In this document: positions 1-10,792 of the stretch, one piece after another
Position numbering within the stretch: position 1 is the stretch's first letter
Layout of the letters: each line of letters begins with the position of its first letter
DNA from: Nitrososphaeraceae archaeon
GTDB taxonomy: Archaea > Thermoproteota > Nitrososphaeria > Nitrososphaerales > Nitrososphaeraceae
Assembly: GCA_035250975.1 (NCBI GenBank)
Contig: DATFEP010000004.1
Coordinates: forward strand, 1 to 64,000
DNA length: 64,000 bases
Direction: 5' to 3'
The notes under the pieces: model-generated
What the model was told of the DNA's origin: nothing
The model's database searches: none
What the model saw: the letters and a program-made list of their open reading frames with translations, nothing else
Translations under genes and position numbers: made by a program

Positions 1-61
1 TACGCAAATTGAAATAAAAAAGAAAATAAATTTAAAATAAATAAAATTATAGTTTATTGAA

Positions 62-1366
62 TTGTATCTGCGAACATCTGATGTTAAAAGTGATTATTAT
101 CTGGGAAAAGAAGTTTCTCTTAGAGGATGGATTCATAGAATAAGAAAGCAGAAAGAAAATTCTTTTTTGTTGTTACGTGATGATAGAGGGGGAGTCATTC
201 AAAGCATCTTTCCTTCATCCAAAACTAATAATTTAACAATTGAATCGTCAATAGAGATCAAGGGAATCGTGCACAAGGATACAAGAGCCCCAGAGGGAGG
301 ATACGAAATTAAGGGAACTACAATTTATGTGTATAGCCTTTCTAAACAAGACTATCCGCTGGGTGAATATACTAGCCCTGATCTGCTTTTAGAATACAGA
401 CATCTCACGAACAGGACAAGAAAAATGATAATGATGTCGAAAGTTCGTTCTTCGATTCTACGATATGCTCGAGACTGGTTTATTCATAATGATTGGTATG
501 AAGTAAGTGCCCCTGTCTTGGTAAAGGGATCAGTAGAGGGAGGATCTACTCTTTTTAAATTAAAATATTTTGACGATTATGCATTTCTTTCTCAAAGTGC
601 CCAATTATACCTCGAGGCAATGATTTTTTCATTGGGACCTGTGTGGTCACTAACTCCTTCTTTTAGAGCAGAAAGATCTAGAACTGTTAGGCATTTAGCT
701 GAATTTCTGCATTTAGAGGCAGAAGCTCCATGGGTTACATTAGAGGATTTAATGAAAATCCAAGAAAAGCTTGTCTTATTTATTATAAAGAATACGATTA
801 AGGAGAGAAGCGATGAATTCGATTTTTTGAAAAGAGATATCTCCTCACTGGAACAAATATCTATACCTTTCAAGAAAATGACGTATGAAAAAGCCATTGA
901 GTCATTACAAAAAAAAGATTATCATATTATAGATAATGATGTTTCTAGAATGATAGAATTTGGTGATGACCTTAATATCGAATCAGAAAGAATCATTACC
1001 GAAGATTCTATTACTCCAATTTTTATAACACATTATCCTTTAAAAATCAAACCTTTCTACGTCAAAGAAGATCCCACAACTGCTGATGTAGGACTTGCTG
1101 TCGATCTATTGGCACCCTACGGATTCGGAGAAATATCTAGTGGTGGAATACGAGAAGATAATCTCGAAAAATTAATTAGACAAATACACTCTGAAGGGTT
1201 AGATTCTACTGATTATGAGTGGTATTTGGATTTGAGACGATATGGTTCAATCCCACATGGTGGATTTGGAATTGGTATAGAACGGTTGATTAGGTGGATA
1301 CTCAATATCCAGGATATCAAGGATACTGTTCCTTTTCCAAGGACGATGTCTAGGATTAGTCCATAA
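62..1366 (+). CDS. asnS: Asparagine--tRNA ligase (class IIb)
   Basis: OB-fold N-terminus (LRGWIHRIR), RAPEGGYEI, LSQSAQLYLEA, motif 2 SFRAERSRTVRHLAEF, motif 3 PHGGFGIGIERL; resembles archaeal AsnRS more than AspRS; TTG start. Confidence 0.85.
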   Translation: MYLRTSDVKSDYYLGKEVSLRGWIHRIRKQKENSFLLLRDDRGGVIQSIFPSSKTNNLTIESSIEIKGIVHKDTRAPEGGYEIKGTTIYVYSLSKQDYPLGEYTSPDLLLEYRHLTNRTRKMIMMSKVRSSILRYARDWFIHNDWYEVSAPVLVKGSVEGGSTLFKLKYFDDYAFLSQSAQLYLEAMIFSLGPVWSLTPSFRAERSRTVRHLAEFLHLEAEAPWVTLEDLMKIQEKLVLFIIKNTIKERSDEFDFLKRDISSLEQISIPFKKMTYEKAIESLQKKDYHIIDNDVSRMIEFGDDLNIESERIITEDSITPIFITHYPLKIKPFYVKEDPTTADVGLAVDLLAPYGFGEISSGGIREDNLEKLIRQIHSEGLDSTDYEWYLDLRRYGSIPHGGFGIGIERLIRWILNIQDIKDTVPFPRTMSRISP

Positions 1367-1455
1367 TCCTATTTATTTTATCTATTAATTTTTTCATTTG
1401 AAATAACCATTCAAGTTTAAATCTTTGAAGCAAATTATATTATATTGCATTAAAA

Positions 1456-2262
1456 ATGGGTGACAATTTTCCAGAAAATACAGAGTCTTTATTTTTTGAG
1501 CTAGCTGGCGATTTAAGACTTTCGATGATTCTGAAGCTTTCGAAAAATAAATACAGATTGTCACAGCTTGCTAATGAATTGAAAGCCACAATGCAAGAAG
1601 CTCATCGAAATGTCACCAGGCTAATTGAGTCTGGATTGGTATTCAAAGATGGCGAAGGTGATCTATGTTTGACTTCTTATGGAAAATCTATCGTATGTCT
1701 TTTACCTGCATATGAATTTCTTTCAGCAAATAAACAGTATTTCTTGGAACATTCAATTGAAGATTTGCCGTTAAAATTCATTCAAAGAATAGGATCGTTA
1801 AAAAATTGTGAAATTGTTTTTGGAGTCATGGCAAATTTGCAACATTGGAAAAAGCTGTATTCTAATTCTCAAGTTTACATAAAGGAAATAATGTCTCAAG
1901 TTCCACTTGATTTAATTGAACCTGTAAGCAGTAAGATTCAAACAGGAATAAAATTTTCATATATCCTTTCAAAAGATACTGTAATACCGCAAGGAAGAAC
2001 TGAAATTCTTGAAAAAATAGGTTGGCATAATATGATTTCAAAAGGATTGGTCGAAAGAAAGATGCTTGCGAAGGTGCGAATAATGACAATTTTTAATGAA
2101 AAAGAAGCATGTTTATTATTTCCGACCCTAAAGGGAGAACCTGATTTGAATATAATGTTTTATAGTAAAGACAGTGATTTCCATGAATGGTGTGAAGATT
2201 TTTTCAATTACCAATGGGAAATAGCAGGTCCTTTTGATGAAAAAAAATTGTTAGAAACATGA
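1456..2262 (+). CDS. ArsR-like wHTH transcriptional regulator with DUF1724/FilR1-like C-terminal region
   Basis: N-terminal wHTH (LFFELAGDLRLSMIL...HRNVTRLIESGLV...LTSYG); C-terminal FHEWCEDFFNYQW typical of this archaeal family. Confidence 0.7.
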   Translation: MGDNFPENTESLFFELAGDLRLSMILKLSKNKYRLSQLANELKATMQEAHRNVTRLIESGLVFKDGEGDLCLTSYGKSIVCLLPAYEFLSANKQYFLEHSIEDLPLKFIQRIGSLKNCEIVFGVMANLQHWKKLYSNSQVYIKEIMSQVPLDLIEPVSSKIQTGIKFSYILSKDTVIPQGRTEILEKIGWHNMISKGLVERKMLAKVRIMTIFNEKEACLLFPTLKGEPDLNIMFYSKDSDFHEWCEDFFNYQWEIAGPFDEKKLLET

Positions 2263-2310
2263 TCCTTCCATTTCATCATGTTTTTATATATCATTTTAGT
2301 AAGAACTAAT

Positions 2311-2541
2311 ATGCCAAGCGCGTTTGTTTTATTAAATACTGAGTTAGGCAGTGAAGATTCTATAGTCCGGGATTTAAAAAGTCTTGAAGGTGTAAAAGAA
2401 GTTTTTCAAGTATATGGAGTTTATGATATTATAGCAAAAGTAGAATCCGACACTATGGACAAAGTGAAAGAGATAATAACATGGAAATTAAGGAAATTGA
2501 CAGGAGTAAAGTCTACTTTAACAATGATTGTAATGGAGTAA
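2311..2541 (+). CDS. Stand-alone Lrp/AsnC ligand-binding (RAM) domain protein
   Basis: MPSAFVLLNTELG...VYGVYDIIAKVE...IRKL-like...STLTMIV; ATG at 2311 preferred over ORF-track start 2278. Confidence 0.85.
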   Translation: MPSAFVLLNTELGSEDSIVRDLKSLEGVKEVFQVYGVYDIIAKVESDTMDKVKEIITWKLRKLTGVKSTLTMIVME

Positions 2542-2630
2542 TAGTAATCATTAATAAATTTTAATTTATTTATCTATTTTAACTCAGATATTGCAATAAT
2601 TTAAAAATAGTTTATTATCTTGATAATGAT

Positions 2631-2813
2631 ATGGGGTTATCTAATTTCTTACGTAGAAAAAAGGAAGATAGATCTATAAAATCTAATGATAAATTCAAAT
2701 GTAAACATTGTAATATTTTCTTTCAGGATAAAGAACATCTTTCTAGACACAATAAAAAGGCTCATGGAGGAAAGGATGATTTCATGCCGACCAGTAATCC
2801 TTTCCAAGTTTGA
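2631..2813 (+). CDS. Small C2H2 zinc-finger protein
   Basis: FKCKHCNIFFQDKEHLSRHNKKAH = C-x2-C-x12-H-x4-H. Confidence 0.7.
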   Translation: MGLSNFLRRKKEDRSIKSNDKFKCKHCNIFFQDKEHLSRHNKKAHGGKDDFMPTSNPFQV

Positions 2814-2838
2814 AAGAAAAGTAGTGATTAATTGATAG

Positions 2839-3819
2839 ATGTTTCCTATTCATGACGATAATCAACGTCTTCATGGCAGACCATTTGTAAATTATATCCT
2901 GATTGCTATAAACATAATTATTTTTATCTGGGAAGTGATAACGACTAACTTTTTCTCTAACTCTTATCAGGTAGGAGAATTTTTCTTAAATTTTGGCGCA
3001 GTTCCCAATTCTGTTTTAAATGGAGATGTTACATCTTTAGTAACTTCAATGTTTCTTCATGGGGGGATAGCCCATATTATAGGAAACATGGTATTCTTAT
3101 TTATTTTTGGTGACAATATAGAAGATAGATTTGGACACGTAAAATATTTCTTTTTTTATTTGTTATGTGGTATTGTTGCGGGTTTGGTACATAGCTTTTA
3201 CGCCGTCTCTGTGGGGTCAGGTGAAGTACCTTCTGTGGGTGCATCAGGTGCGATTTCTGGGGTATTGGGAGCCTATCTTGTGCTGTTTCCTAAAGCTAAA
3301 ATTTACACAATAATAACTGCTTTTATTATCACAACTGTGAGAATTCCTGCTCTAGCTTATATTCCATTTTGGTTTATTCTTCAGGTGATTTTTAACTTTA
3401 TAGATCCATTGGGAGGCGTAGCATATTTTGCCCATATCGGCGGCTTTCTAGCCGGCGCAGGAACTAGTTTTCTTATTAAAATCCTGTTGCCTTCTTTTTT
3501 TCAAGGACAGAGTTTTCGAGCTCCAATTAACTTCTCAAAAAGGTCGGAAACTAGAACTTTTTCTAATGCCAATTACCGACCGGATATCCTCGAAGGAAAT
3601 GACTTTTACGAAATATTGGTAGAAGTTAAAGGTCCAATAGTAAATTCAGAAATATCTGCTACATATGATCAAAATTATAGAATTCTAAAAATTTTTTCTT
3701 TGTCAGATCCATCAATTTTTCAAACATTTACTTTACCTAATAGTATTAAAGCAGATAGAGTTAGTTATGTATCGATTTTAAACGGAATTGCAAGAGTAAG
3801 AATATCTAAAACTATTTGA
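2839..3819 (+). CDS. Rhomboid intramembrane serine protease with C-terminal Hsp20-like extension
   Basis: SMFLHGGIAHIIGNM, GASGA (catalytic Ser), AHIGG (catalytic His); soluble C-terminal ~80 aa. Confidence 0.9.
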   Translation: MFPIHDDNQRLHGRPFVNYILIAINIIIFIWEVITTNFFSNSYQVGEFFLNFGAVPNSVLNGDVTSLVTSMFLHGGIAHIIGNMVFLFIFGDNIEDRFGHVKYFFFYLLCGIVAGLVHSFYAVSVGSGEVPSVGASGAISGVLGAYLVLFPKAKIYTIITAFIITTVRIPALAYIPFWFILQVIFNFIDPLGGVAYFAHIGGFLAGAGTSFLIKILLPSFFQGQSFRAPINFSKRSETRTFSNANYRPDILEGNDFYEILVEVKGPIVNSEISATYDQNYRILKIFSLSDPSIFQTFTLPNSIKADRVSYVSILNGIARVRISKTI

Positions 3820-4018
3820 TTTAAGATAATATAAAAGTCTACACGTACATCTACGAAATACCCTTTTTCCATTCCATCTTATATTATGAAAATATACACA
3901 CTTTTCCAATCGCTTGATGCTATCTCTATTGGATGATATTTAGCACGGAATGTCTATAAATAACATATCATATATCATATGTTTATTTTCTGCTTCAAAT
4001 ATATAGCTATTGTCATAT

Positions 4019-5242
4019 TTAATTAATTATTCTTGGAAAAGATATACTAGGTGGATATGATCCACAAACGCAGCCATCGAAATCAAACATTATTACAGTA
4101 ATCTCCAATTGTTTATCAACATGACTAAACATTTGTTTAAAAACATTTTCACAAATAACATCAAAAAATCTAGGGATATTATTTTTCATTATTATTTCAG
4201 ATACGTGTCTAGCTGTATTGGCATTTTGTATTTCATTAATTATTTTTTCAGATGTAGTACAAGTTGATGCTATTCTTGCCATAAAATCTAGACTAACGTG
4301 TGAACCTCGAACATGTGTCTGTTTTATCCCCATAGCTATTTTTGTTAATTTACCAATAAATCCCGCAATAATTACTTTTTTAATGCTTCTTTTCGTACAC
4401 TGTTTTATAGTATATCCTGAAAAATCCCCCATCTGTACAAATGCATAATCTGGAATATCTTGAAACAGACTCTTTGCAAAATCTTCGCTTCGTCCACCAG
4501 TCGTCAAAACTACGGTAAGGGTTCCAAGGGTAATAGCAACATCTAAACTCTGTCGAATTGATGCCGCAAAAGATGCAGTAGAATATGGAAAAACTATCCC
4601 AGTAGTTCCTAGAATAGAAATTCCTCCTATTATCCCCAACCTCAGATTATCGGTTTTTTTTGCAATTTCTGCTCCTTTTGGCACTGAAATAATTACAGTA
4701 ATTCCTTTTTCCTCAAGTATTTTTGCACCAACCTCTTTAATGGCATTTTCGAGCATTTTTTTTGGAACTGGGTTTATAGCGGCACTTCCTATCTCTAATC
4801 CTAACCCGGGCCTAGTAACTCGGCCAACCCCTTCACCGCCATTAATAGATATTTCTCCTTTATAAGAACTAAAAGAAACTGTAGAACATATTTCCATACC
4901 ATGCGTTACATCTGGATCGTCTCCTCCATCTTTTATTACTGCACATGTAACTGATCTTTTTGTTTCGTCAATTCGTGTCCATGCGATCTTTAATTTAACG
5001 ATTCTTCCTTTTGGCAGGATTACATCTGTTTCAAATACCTCTTCTGAATAGATTAATGTAAAGAGAGCAGCCTTAGTTGCAGCAGTAGCTGAAGTTCCTG
5101 TGGTATACCCGGTTTTTAATAGCCCTTTTTTTCTCTTCTCAATTATTTCTTGCGGAAGTTCTTGTTCGGCTTCTGTTTCCGCCAAAACTAGGTCTTTATC
5201 GACTACAACTTCCTCTGAAGGAAAAAGAGGGTCTTCAATCAT
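4019..5242 (-). CDS. cbiD: Cobalt-precorrin-5B C1-methyltransferase
   Basis: LKTGYTTGTSATAA, KDGGDDPDVTHG, AAINPVP, LGIIGGISILGTTG. Confidence 0.95.
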   Translation of the reverse strand: MIEDPLFPSEEVVVDKDLVLAETEAEQELPQEIIEKRKKGLLKTGYTTGTSATAATKAALFTLIYSEEVFETDVILPKGRIVKLKIAWTRIDETKRSVTCAVIKDGGDDPDVTHGMEICSTVSFSSYKGEISINGGEGVGRVTRPGLGLEIGSAAINPVPKKMLENAIKEVGAKILEEKGITVIISVPKGAEIAKKTDNLRLGIIGGISILGTTGIVFPYSTASFAASIRQSLDVAITLGTLTVVLTTGGRSEDFAKSLFQDIPDYAFVQMGDFSGYTIKQCTKRSIKKVIIAGFIGKLTKIAMGIKQTHVRGSHVSLDFMARIASTCTTSEKIINEIQNANTARHVSEIIMKNNIPRFFDVICENVFKQMFSHVDKQLEITVIMFDFDGCVCGSYPPSISFPRIIN

Positions 5243-5426
5243 TTATTTTTCTTCACTTATTCCATAAATAAATTTTAAGTTAATTATGTTTCAAACATCA
5301 CAATGATCATATTATGATTTCGGGGAAAAATATACCTTGATATCTTATCTAGTACGGTTAAATATAACAATTATAAAACAATATTATTCAGTCACCGCTG
5401 TTTTTAAGATTTTTCGAACCGATTTA

Positions 5427-5490
5427 GGGTCATTAGGGTATGTTTCTCTAGATTATTTGGGTCATTAGGGTATGTTTCTCTAGATTATTT
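5427..5490. repeat. Perfect 32-bp tandem duplication (gggtcattagggtatgtttctctagattattt x2)
   Basis: Two adjacent identical copies, 5427-5458 and 5459-5490, in the divergent cbiD/rio2 intergenic region. Confidence 0.9.
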
Positions 5491-5686
5491 GAATAGGAAA
5501 GACGATTAAAATATAACAAAAAAATTATGATAACAATATTTTAGTAAGTGTATGCAAGAAGAAAAACAATTCAAAATCGAAATTGAAAATTTTAATAATG
5601 AAATTTTTTCATCTAATTAGAAAGATATTAAAAACATTTTATATGATTAAAAAATATTTGAGGATTATTTTATGTGTGAATAGGAA

Positions 5687-6556
5687 TTGTCACTAGTTAA
5701 AAATACAGCTAGAATAGTTAAGGAACTGGATTCAGATCAATTTAGGATACTAAAGATATTTGCATCATCAATAAAACATCATGAGATCTTGGATAATAGG
5801 GAAATAATTTCTTACTCAAAATTACATAAAGACAGGACAGAATTTGGATTGAACAAGCTACTCAGGTATAAGCTAGTTTTGAAAAATGAAAAAGGCTATA
5901 GGCTTTTATCCTCAGGTCTGGATGCATACGCCCTAAAAATCTTAGTTGATTCAAATATCATTACTGGAATAGGAGAAAATATTGGTATAGGAAAGGAATC
6001 TGATGTAGTAGAAGCAATATCAGGATCAAATCAAAAAAGAGCAATAAAATTTTTTAGAATAGGTAGAATTTCTTTTACAGACACAAAAAGGAAAAGATCA
6101 TTTGAAAAGAATAAAAATCTTCATAGCTGGTTATTGGTAAATATTGAAGCTGCAAAAAAGGAATATGACATATTGTTAAAATTAAAAAATACCAAAATGA
6201 ACATAACTACTCCATATTACCGATCTATGCATGCTATTGTAATGTACAAAATTGAAGGAAAAAGGCTTTCAGAAACGATATTGTTGGAAGATCCATTGGA
6301 TATCTTGGAAAAAATTATCATCCAAGTAAAATTAGCTTATGATGAAAATATCATCAACGGTGATTTAAATGAATATAACACGATCATTGACAACAAAAAT
6401 AAAGTATGGATAATAGATTGGCCTCAAGCAGTTTCAAGAGACCACCCAAATGCGAGCTTTTTTATTGAGAGAGATATAAAGAATATTTCTAGATATTTTC
6501 AAAGAAAGTACAATATAAAATATGACCCAGTATCTCTTGATCAAATAATTGACTAG
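5687..6556 (+). CDS. rio2: RIO2-type serine/threonine kinase
   Basis: N-terminal wHTH, GIGKESDV, KFFRIGRISF, NGDLNEYN, IIDWPQ. Confidence 0.9.
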   Translation: MSLVKNTARIVKELDSDQFRILKIFASSIKHHEILDNREIISYSKLHKDRTEFGLNKLLRYKLVLKNEKGYRLLSSGLDAYALKILVDSNIITGIGENIGIGKESDVVEAISGSNQKRAIKFFRIGRISFTDTKRKRSFEKNKNLHSWLLVNIEAAKKEYDILLKLKNTKMNITTPYYRSMHAIVMYKIEGKRLSETILLEDPLDILEKIIIQVKLAYDENIINGDLNEYNTIIDNKNKVWIIDWPQAVSRDHPNASFFIERDIKNISRYFQRKYNIKYDPVSLDQIID

Positions 6557-6677
6557 AAATATTTACAGAAATGAAATGGATTATGCCAGGTGTTGGTATT
6601 TTGAAACTTTTTAGCAACCATTTTTGATAAAAATATATGTGTTCTTTTTTACAGGAATCATAACATATAAAAATTTA

Positions 6678-7826
6678 TTATTTACTGGCAAGTAAATGCA
6701 CTCTGTCTGTTTTTTCCCAAGAAAAGCTTGATTCGTTCCTTCCAAAGTGGCCATATGCTGCAGTCTTTTTATATATTGGTCGTTTAAGTAAGAGGGTTTC
6801 AATAATTTTAGAAGGTCTCATATCAAAGACTTTCCTTATTTTTGTTTCAATTTCTTCATGATCTATAGTTCCAGTATTAAAAGTATCCACCATTATAGAA
6901 ACTGGTTCGGACACACCAATGGCATATGCTATTTGAACTTCACATTTTTTCGCAAGATTGGCAGCTACTATATTTTTAGCTATATATCTAGCCATATAAC
7001 ATGCTGATCTGTCAACCTTAGACGGATCTTTTCCTGAAAATGCACCTCCACCGTGTCTTCCCATTCCACCGTAAGTATCAATAATAATTTTTCTGCCAGT
7101 CAATCCGGTATCAGCAGCAGGTCCTCCTAATACAAATCTGCCAGTAGGATTAATGAAAAACCTTGTTTTATCATCAATCCAATCATCACACGTTGGTTTA
7201 ATGACCTTTGCAATTAATTCTTCTCTCAACTGTTTTAGAGAAATATCCGGAGAATGCTGTGTAGATAATACTACTGTATCAATCCTCTTGGGTACAAAAT
7301 CCTCATAAACAACAGAAACTTGCGATTTGCCGTCTGGTCTGACCCAATCAAGTTCCTTTGATTTTCTGACTTGACTTAATTTGAAACATAGTTTATGTGC
7401 CATAAGAATGGGTAATGGCATTAATTCGGGCGTTTCGTTTGTGGCATAACCAAACATAAGACCTTGATCTCCAGCTCCTTGTTCTTTTTCTGCTGTAGCA
7501 GTAACACCAACAGAAATATCATCACTTTGTGAATGTATAGATGTCAACACTGCACAGCTATTACAATCGAAACCTAGATCGCTGTTAGTATAACCTATTT
7601 CCCTTATTGTATCTCTCACATTTCTTTGAATATCTATCGTTCCTTTAGAGGTAATTTCTCCTGCCACAAAAATTGTACCGGTGGTAGTTAAACATTCCAC
7701 TGCAACCCTAGAATCGGGATCTTGCGAGAGATATCCGTCTAATATAGAATCTGAGACTTGATCGCATATTTTATCTGGATGCCCCTCTGTAACACTTTCA
7801 GAGCTAAATAAATAACGAGAGGGCAT
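6678..7826 (-). CDS. metK: S-adenosylmethionine synthetase, bacterial/eukaryotic type
   Basis: [49 protein letters not shown]. Confidence 0.97.
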   Translation of the reverse strand: MPSRYLFSSESVTEGHPDKICDQVSDSILDGYLSQDPDSRVAVECLTTTGTIFVAGEITSKGTIDIQRNVRDTIREIGYTNSDLGFDCNSCAVLTSIHSQSDDISVGVTATAEKEQGAGDQGLMFGYATNETPELMPLPILMAHKLCFKLSQVRKSKELDWVRPDGKSQVSVVYEDFVPKRIDTVVLSTQHSPDISLKQLREELIAKVIKPTCDDWIDDKTRFFINPTGRFVLGGPAADTGLTGRKIIIDTYGGMGRHGGGAFSGKDPSKVDRSACYMARYIAKNIVAANLAKKCEVQIAYAIGVSEPVSIMVDTFNTGTIDHEEIETKIRKVFDMRPSKIIETLLLKRPIYKKTAAYGHFGRNESSFSWEKTDRVHLLASK

Positions 7827-7851
7827 TTCTACATGAAATTTAGTCTTAAGG

Positions 7852-8127
7852 TTATAGATCTTTGATCAATCTAATGAAGAGAACATTGTTTCCTCTTATT
7901 ACAACCTTTCCGTAATTTGCAAGCAAATCTGAGCTTTGGTATTCTTCAGCGTCAACTAATATTAGATTCATGTAAGAATCAACGTTACTCATTATCCCCT
8001 TATATTCCATTTCACTTTTCAGTCGCACCGCAACACGTTGGTTTAATGACTTTTGTAAGGCGGTAAGAGGTCTTTTTGGTTGTTGTGAACTCGAATTGGC
8101 TGACAATATCAATATATCACTTAGCAA
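7852..8127 (-). CDS. Sm/Lsm (SmAP) RNA-binding protein
   Basis: Sm1 ([17 protein letters not shown]) and Sm2 (VVIRGNNV) motifs; true start may be a few codons downstream. Confidence 0.9.
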   Translation of the reverse strand: MLSDILILSANSSSQQPKRPLTALQKSLNQRVAVRLKSEMEYKGIMSNVDSYMNLILVDAEEYQSSDLLANYGKVVIRGNNVLFIRLIKDL

Positions 8128-8210
8128 TTCAAGTTCAGATAGAGCAGAATAAAAAGGTTCCTTTGAACTAAAATAATTTATTAATTATTTATAATTGAAT
8201 ATATCAGTAA

Positions 8211-8918
8211 TTGAGAATATTAACAGGTTCATATGACATAGATAGGTTTCTAGGAGGAGGAATAAGTACTGGCTTGGTTTGGGATATTTTTGGTGAAAAC
8301 GGATCTGGAAAATCTCAATTTTGTTTCACCATTTGCGCCAATTTGTTAAAGACTACCAGTGAAAAGATAATCTTTATCGATACCACAGGTAATTTCAGGC
8401 CCGAACGAATAGTGGAAATATTAAATGTAAAAGATTCAAACGGATTTTTAGATAGGATAGAGTATATCAGAGTTTTCTCAATTTTTGCCCAATTTAATGC
8501 ACTTGAAAAGATTGATATACTGAATCCAAGGCTAGTAATAGTTGATACTGCAACTTCCGTAATTGCGTCTGAGAGTCAAGGAGCAGCAAGACATTTAATT
8601 TTAATGAAATTTCTTCATAAACTCGCACATCATGCTATTAGGAATAATTGTGCAGTCATTATAACGAATTCCATCAGAGAGAAAATTTCATCTCAAGTAC
8701 GTGAAATGAAAACAAGTATATTAGGTAATCCATCATATAAAACAGCAAGTCTAATAGAGTTTATGGATAAATCGACTTCAATTTCTGTTCACATAAAATT
8801 AAGATTTGAAATAATTAACTTCGACAAGAAAATTTATAGAATATCTTATGCTCAACCCTTCTTAAAACATAGTATTTTTTTTACTATCAATATCTCAGGC
8901 ATTTCTAGTTTGAATTGA
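8211..8918 (+). CDS. radB: RadB-like RecA-family paralogue
   Basis: LTGSYDIDRFLGGG, Walker A GENGSGKS, FIDTTGNFRPER, LVIVD; lacks the RadA N-terminal HhH domain. Confidence 0.7.
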   Translation: MRILTGSYDIDRFLGGGISTGLVWDIFGENGSGKSQFCFTICANLLKTTSEKIIFIDTTGNFRPERIVEILNVKDSNGFLDRIEYIRVFSIFAQFNALEKIDILNPRLVIVDTATSVIASESQGAARHLILMKFLHKLAHHAIRNNCAVIITNSIREKISSQVREMKTSILGNPSYKTASLIEFMDKSTSISVHIKLRFEIINFDKKIYRISYAQPFLKHSIFFTINISGISSLN

Positions 8919-8961
8919 ATAAGATGTCATAATATTCATTGATTCAATTGAAAATGGATAT

Positions 8962-9441
8962 TTAATTTAGTCTTATTTCCTTGTACAAATCCCAGAATTT
9001 ATCACCTACATAATGAAGGTTATTTATTATGTAACCTTTTGATAAAGATATTGCAGTTTTACTATCTTCAATAGCTATTCCAACTGCAAGGGGTTTACCA
9101 TGTTCTTCATCCTTTATTACTACAATATCATTTCTACTAAAAGATTCAAAATGAACTATCCCTGGTCGCATTAGTTTCGCACCATTACAAACGAATTTTA
9201 TAGCTCCCATATCCACTAGAACATAAGGAAAAAACTTGATCAGTCCTTGATTTCCTACAAATGGTAGAATAATTTTATTAATTTGAATCGCAGAAAAATC
9301 CTTGTATAATAGAAATTTCTTATCTTTTTCAATTTCATACATTTTTAGATTCTTTATTTTGGGTATGTTATTCTCTGGCCAATTTTTTATTTCATTAAGG
9401 AGTAAAGCAGTATCAGTTTTCGACAAAATTTTTACTTTCAA
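8962..9441 (-). CDS. PUA-domain RNA-binding protein (MCT-1/Tma20-like)
   Basis: VDMGAIKFVCNGAKLMRPGI...HYVGD. Confidence 0.9.
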   Translation of the reverse strand: MKVKILSKTDTALLLNEIKNWPENNIPKIKNLKMYEIEKDKKFLLYKDFSAIQINKIILPFVGNQGLIKFFPYVLVDMGAIKFVCNGAKLMRPGIVHFESFSRNDIVVIKDEEHGKPLAVGIAIEDSKTAISLSKGYIINNLHYVGDKFWDLYKEIRLN

Positions 9442-9541
9442 AATTTAAATTATATCAAATAAATAGATAATTTAATTTTTTAAATATTATTTAATTTGAA
9501 AGTCGTTAAAAAAGATTGATGAGTATCTTAGAAGATTAAAA

Positions 9542-10711
9542 TTATTTCTTCCTTTTTTCCATTGGAATAAACTCGCATCCCATTGGACCACAATATTTGC
9601 CTACGTATACTGCTTTTGGTCTATATAACGCAGGTTTTGGTGCTGCCTCAGCGAATTTTTCTTCAATCACATGGGAAGTCCATCCAGAAATTCGTGAAAT
9701 AGCAAAGATTGGCGTGTTAAGATCCATTTTAAATCCCATGCTGTAATAGAGAGAAGCACTATAAAGATCGACGTTAGAATAAATTGCTTGGTTTTTATAC
9801 TCAGACATATAAGATTTAGTATAATTCTCAATCCTTTTTGTGATTTCGTACCATTTACGATTTTCTTCTCTGCAAATAGATTTGGATAATCTTTCTAAAA
9901 TCTCTGCTCGAGGATCATTTGTATGATAAACCGCATGTCCCATACCCATTATCCTTTTTCCTTGTTTAATTTTTTCAGCTATCCATTCTTCTACCCTGTT
10001 TGGTTCATTAATTTCAATTAACATTTTCATAACTTGAATATTTGCTCCACCATGTAATTCGCCAGATAAGGCTCCTAATGCACCACATATACATGCATAC
10101 ATGTGTGCTCTAGTTGAAGCTATTTCTCGTGCTGCAAATGTAGAGGCATTGAAACTATGTTCTGCATGTAAAATTAGACATATATCAAACACTTTTGTTT
10201 CTTCCAATTCAGGTTTCCTCCCAGACAACATATAAAGAAAATTTGCAGAATGTGAAAGTTCAGGATCAGGCTTTACATACTCCAGACCCTTTCTTATTCG
10301 ATCCCAAGCAGCCACGATAGAAGGCATCTTTGCAATAAGAAGCATTGCTCTTCTTACGTTATCTTCTTTGGTATCAGAAGAAATGTCATTGTCATAATTT
10401 GAAAGATAGGAGACACATGACTGAAGAACGTCCATAGGATGAGCTGTCTTAGGTCTGTTATGTAGGTCTATAATAATTGAGTTGGGAATCTCTCTTGAAT
10501 TTTTCAGGGTATTAGAGAAGTCTTCTAATTGGGCGTCATTTGGAAGATCTCCAAATAAGAGTAGAAATGTGGTTTCTTCAAATGTGGATCGATTCACCAA
10601 GTCGAGAATATCATATCCACGATAAATTAATTTTCCATGTTCACCATCAATTGAACATATTTTAGTATCAGCAACTTCAATATTACGTAGCCCAATATTT
10701 CTTGCATCCAA
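9542..10711 (-). CDS. gltA: Citrate synthase
   Basis: LIYRGY, HAEHSFNASTF, GELHGGAN, GMGHAVY, NVDLYS, SRISGW. Confidence 0.95.
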   Translation of the reverse strand: MDARNIGLRNIEVADTKICSIDGEHGKLIYRGYDILDLVNRSTFEETTFLLLFGDLPNDAQLEDFSNTLKNSREIPNSIIIDLHNRPKTAHPMDVLQSCVSYLSNYDNDISSDTKEDNVRRAMLLIAKMPSIVAAWDRIRKGLEYVKPDPELSHSANFLYMLSGRKPELEETKVFDICLILHAEHSFNASTFAAREIASTRAHMYACICGALGALSGELHGGANIQVMKMLIEINEPNRVEEWIAEKIKQGKRIMGMGHAVYHTNDPRAEILERLSKSICREENRKWYEITKRIENYTKSYMSEYKNQAIYSNVDLYSASLYYSMGFKMDLNTPIFAISRISGWTSHVIEEKFAEAAPKPALYRPKAVYVGKYCGPMGCEFIPMEKRKK

Positions 10712-10792
10712 TATCTAACACTTTTTGATACAAGAATTAATTATATTAAAATATGTCTAAAAATGAAAAGATTTTTCATAATATTCTATTAC

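Noticed and set aside
5427-5490. CRISPR array
   Set aside because: Only two directly adjacent copies with no spacer, and no cas genes in the window.
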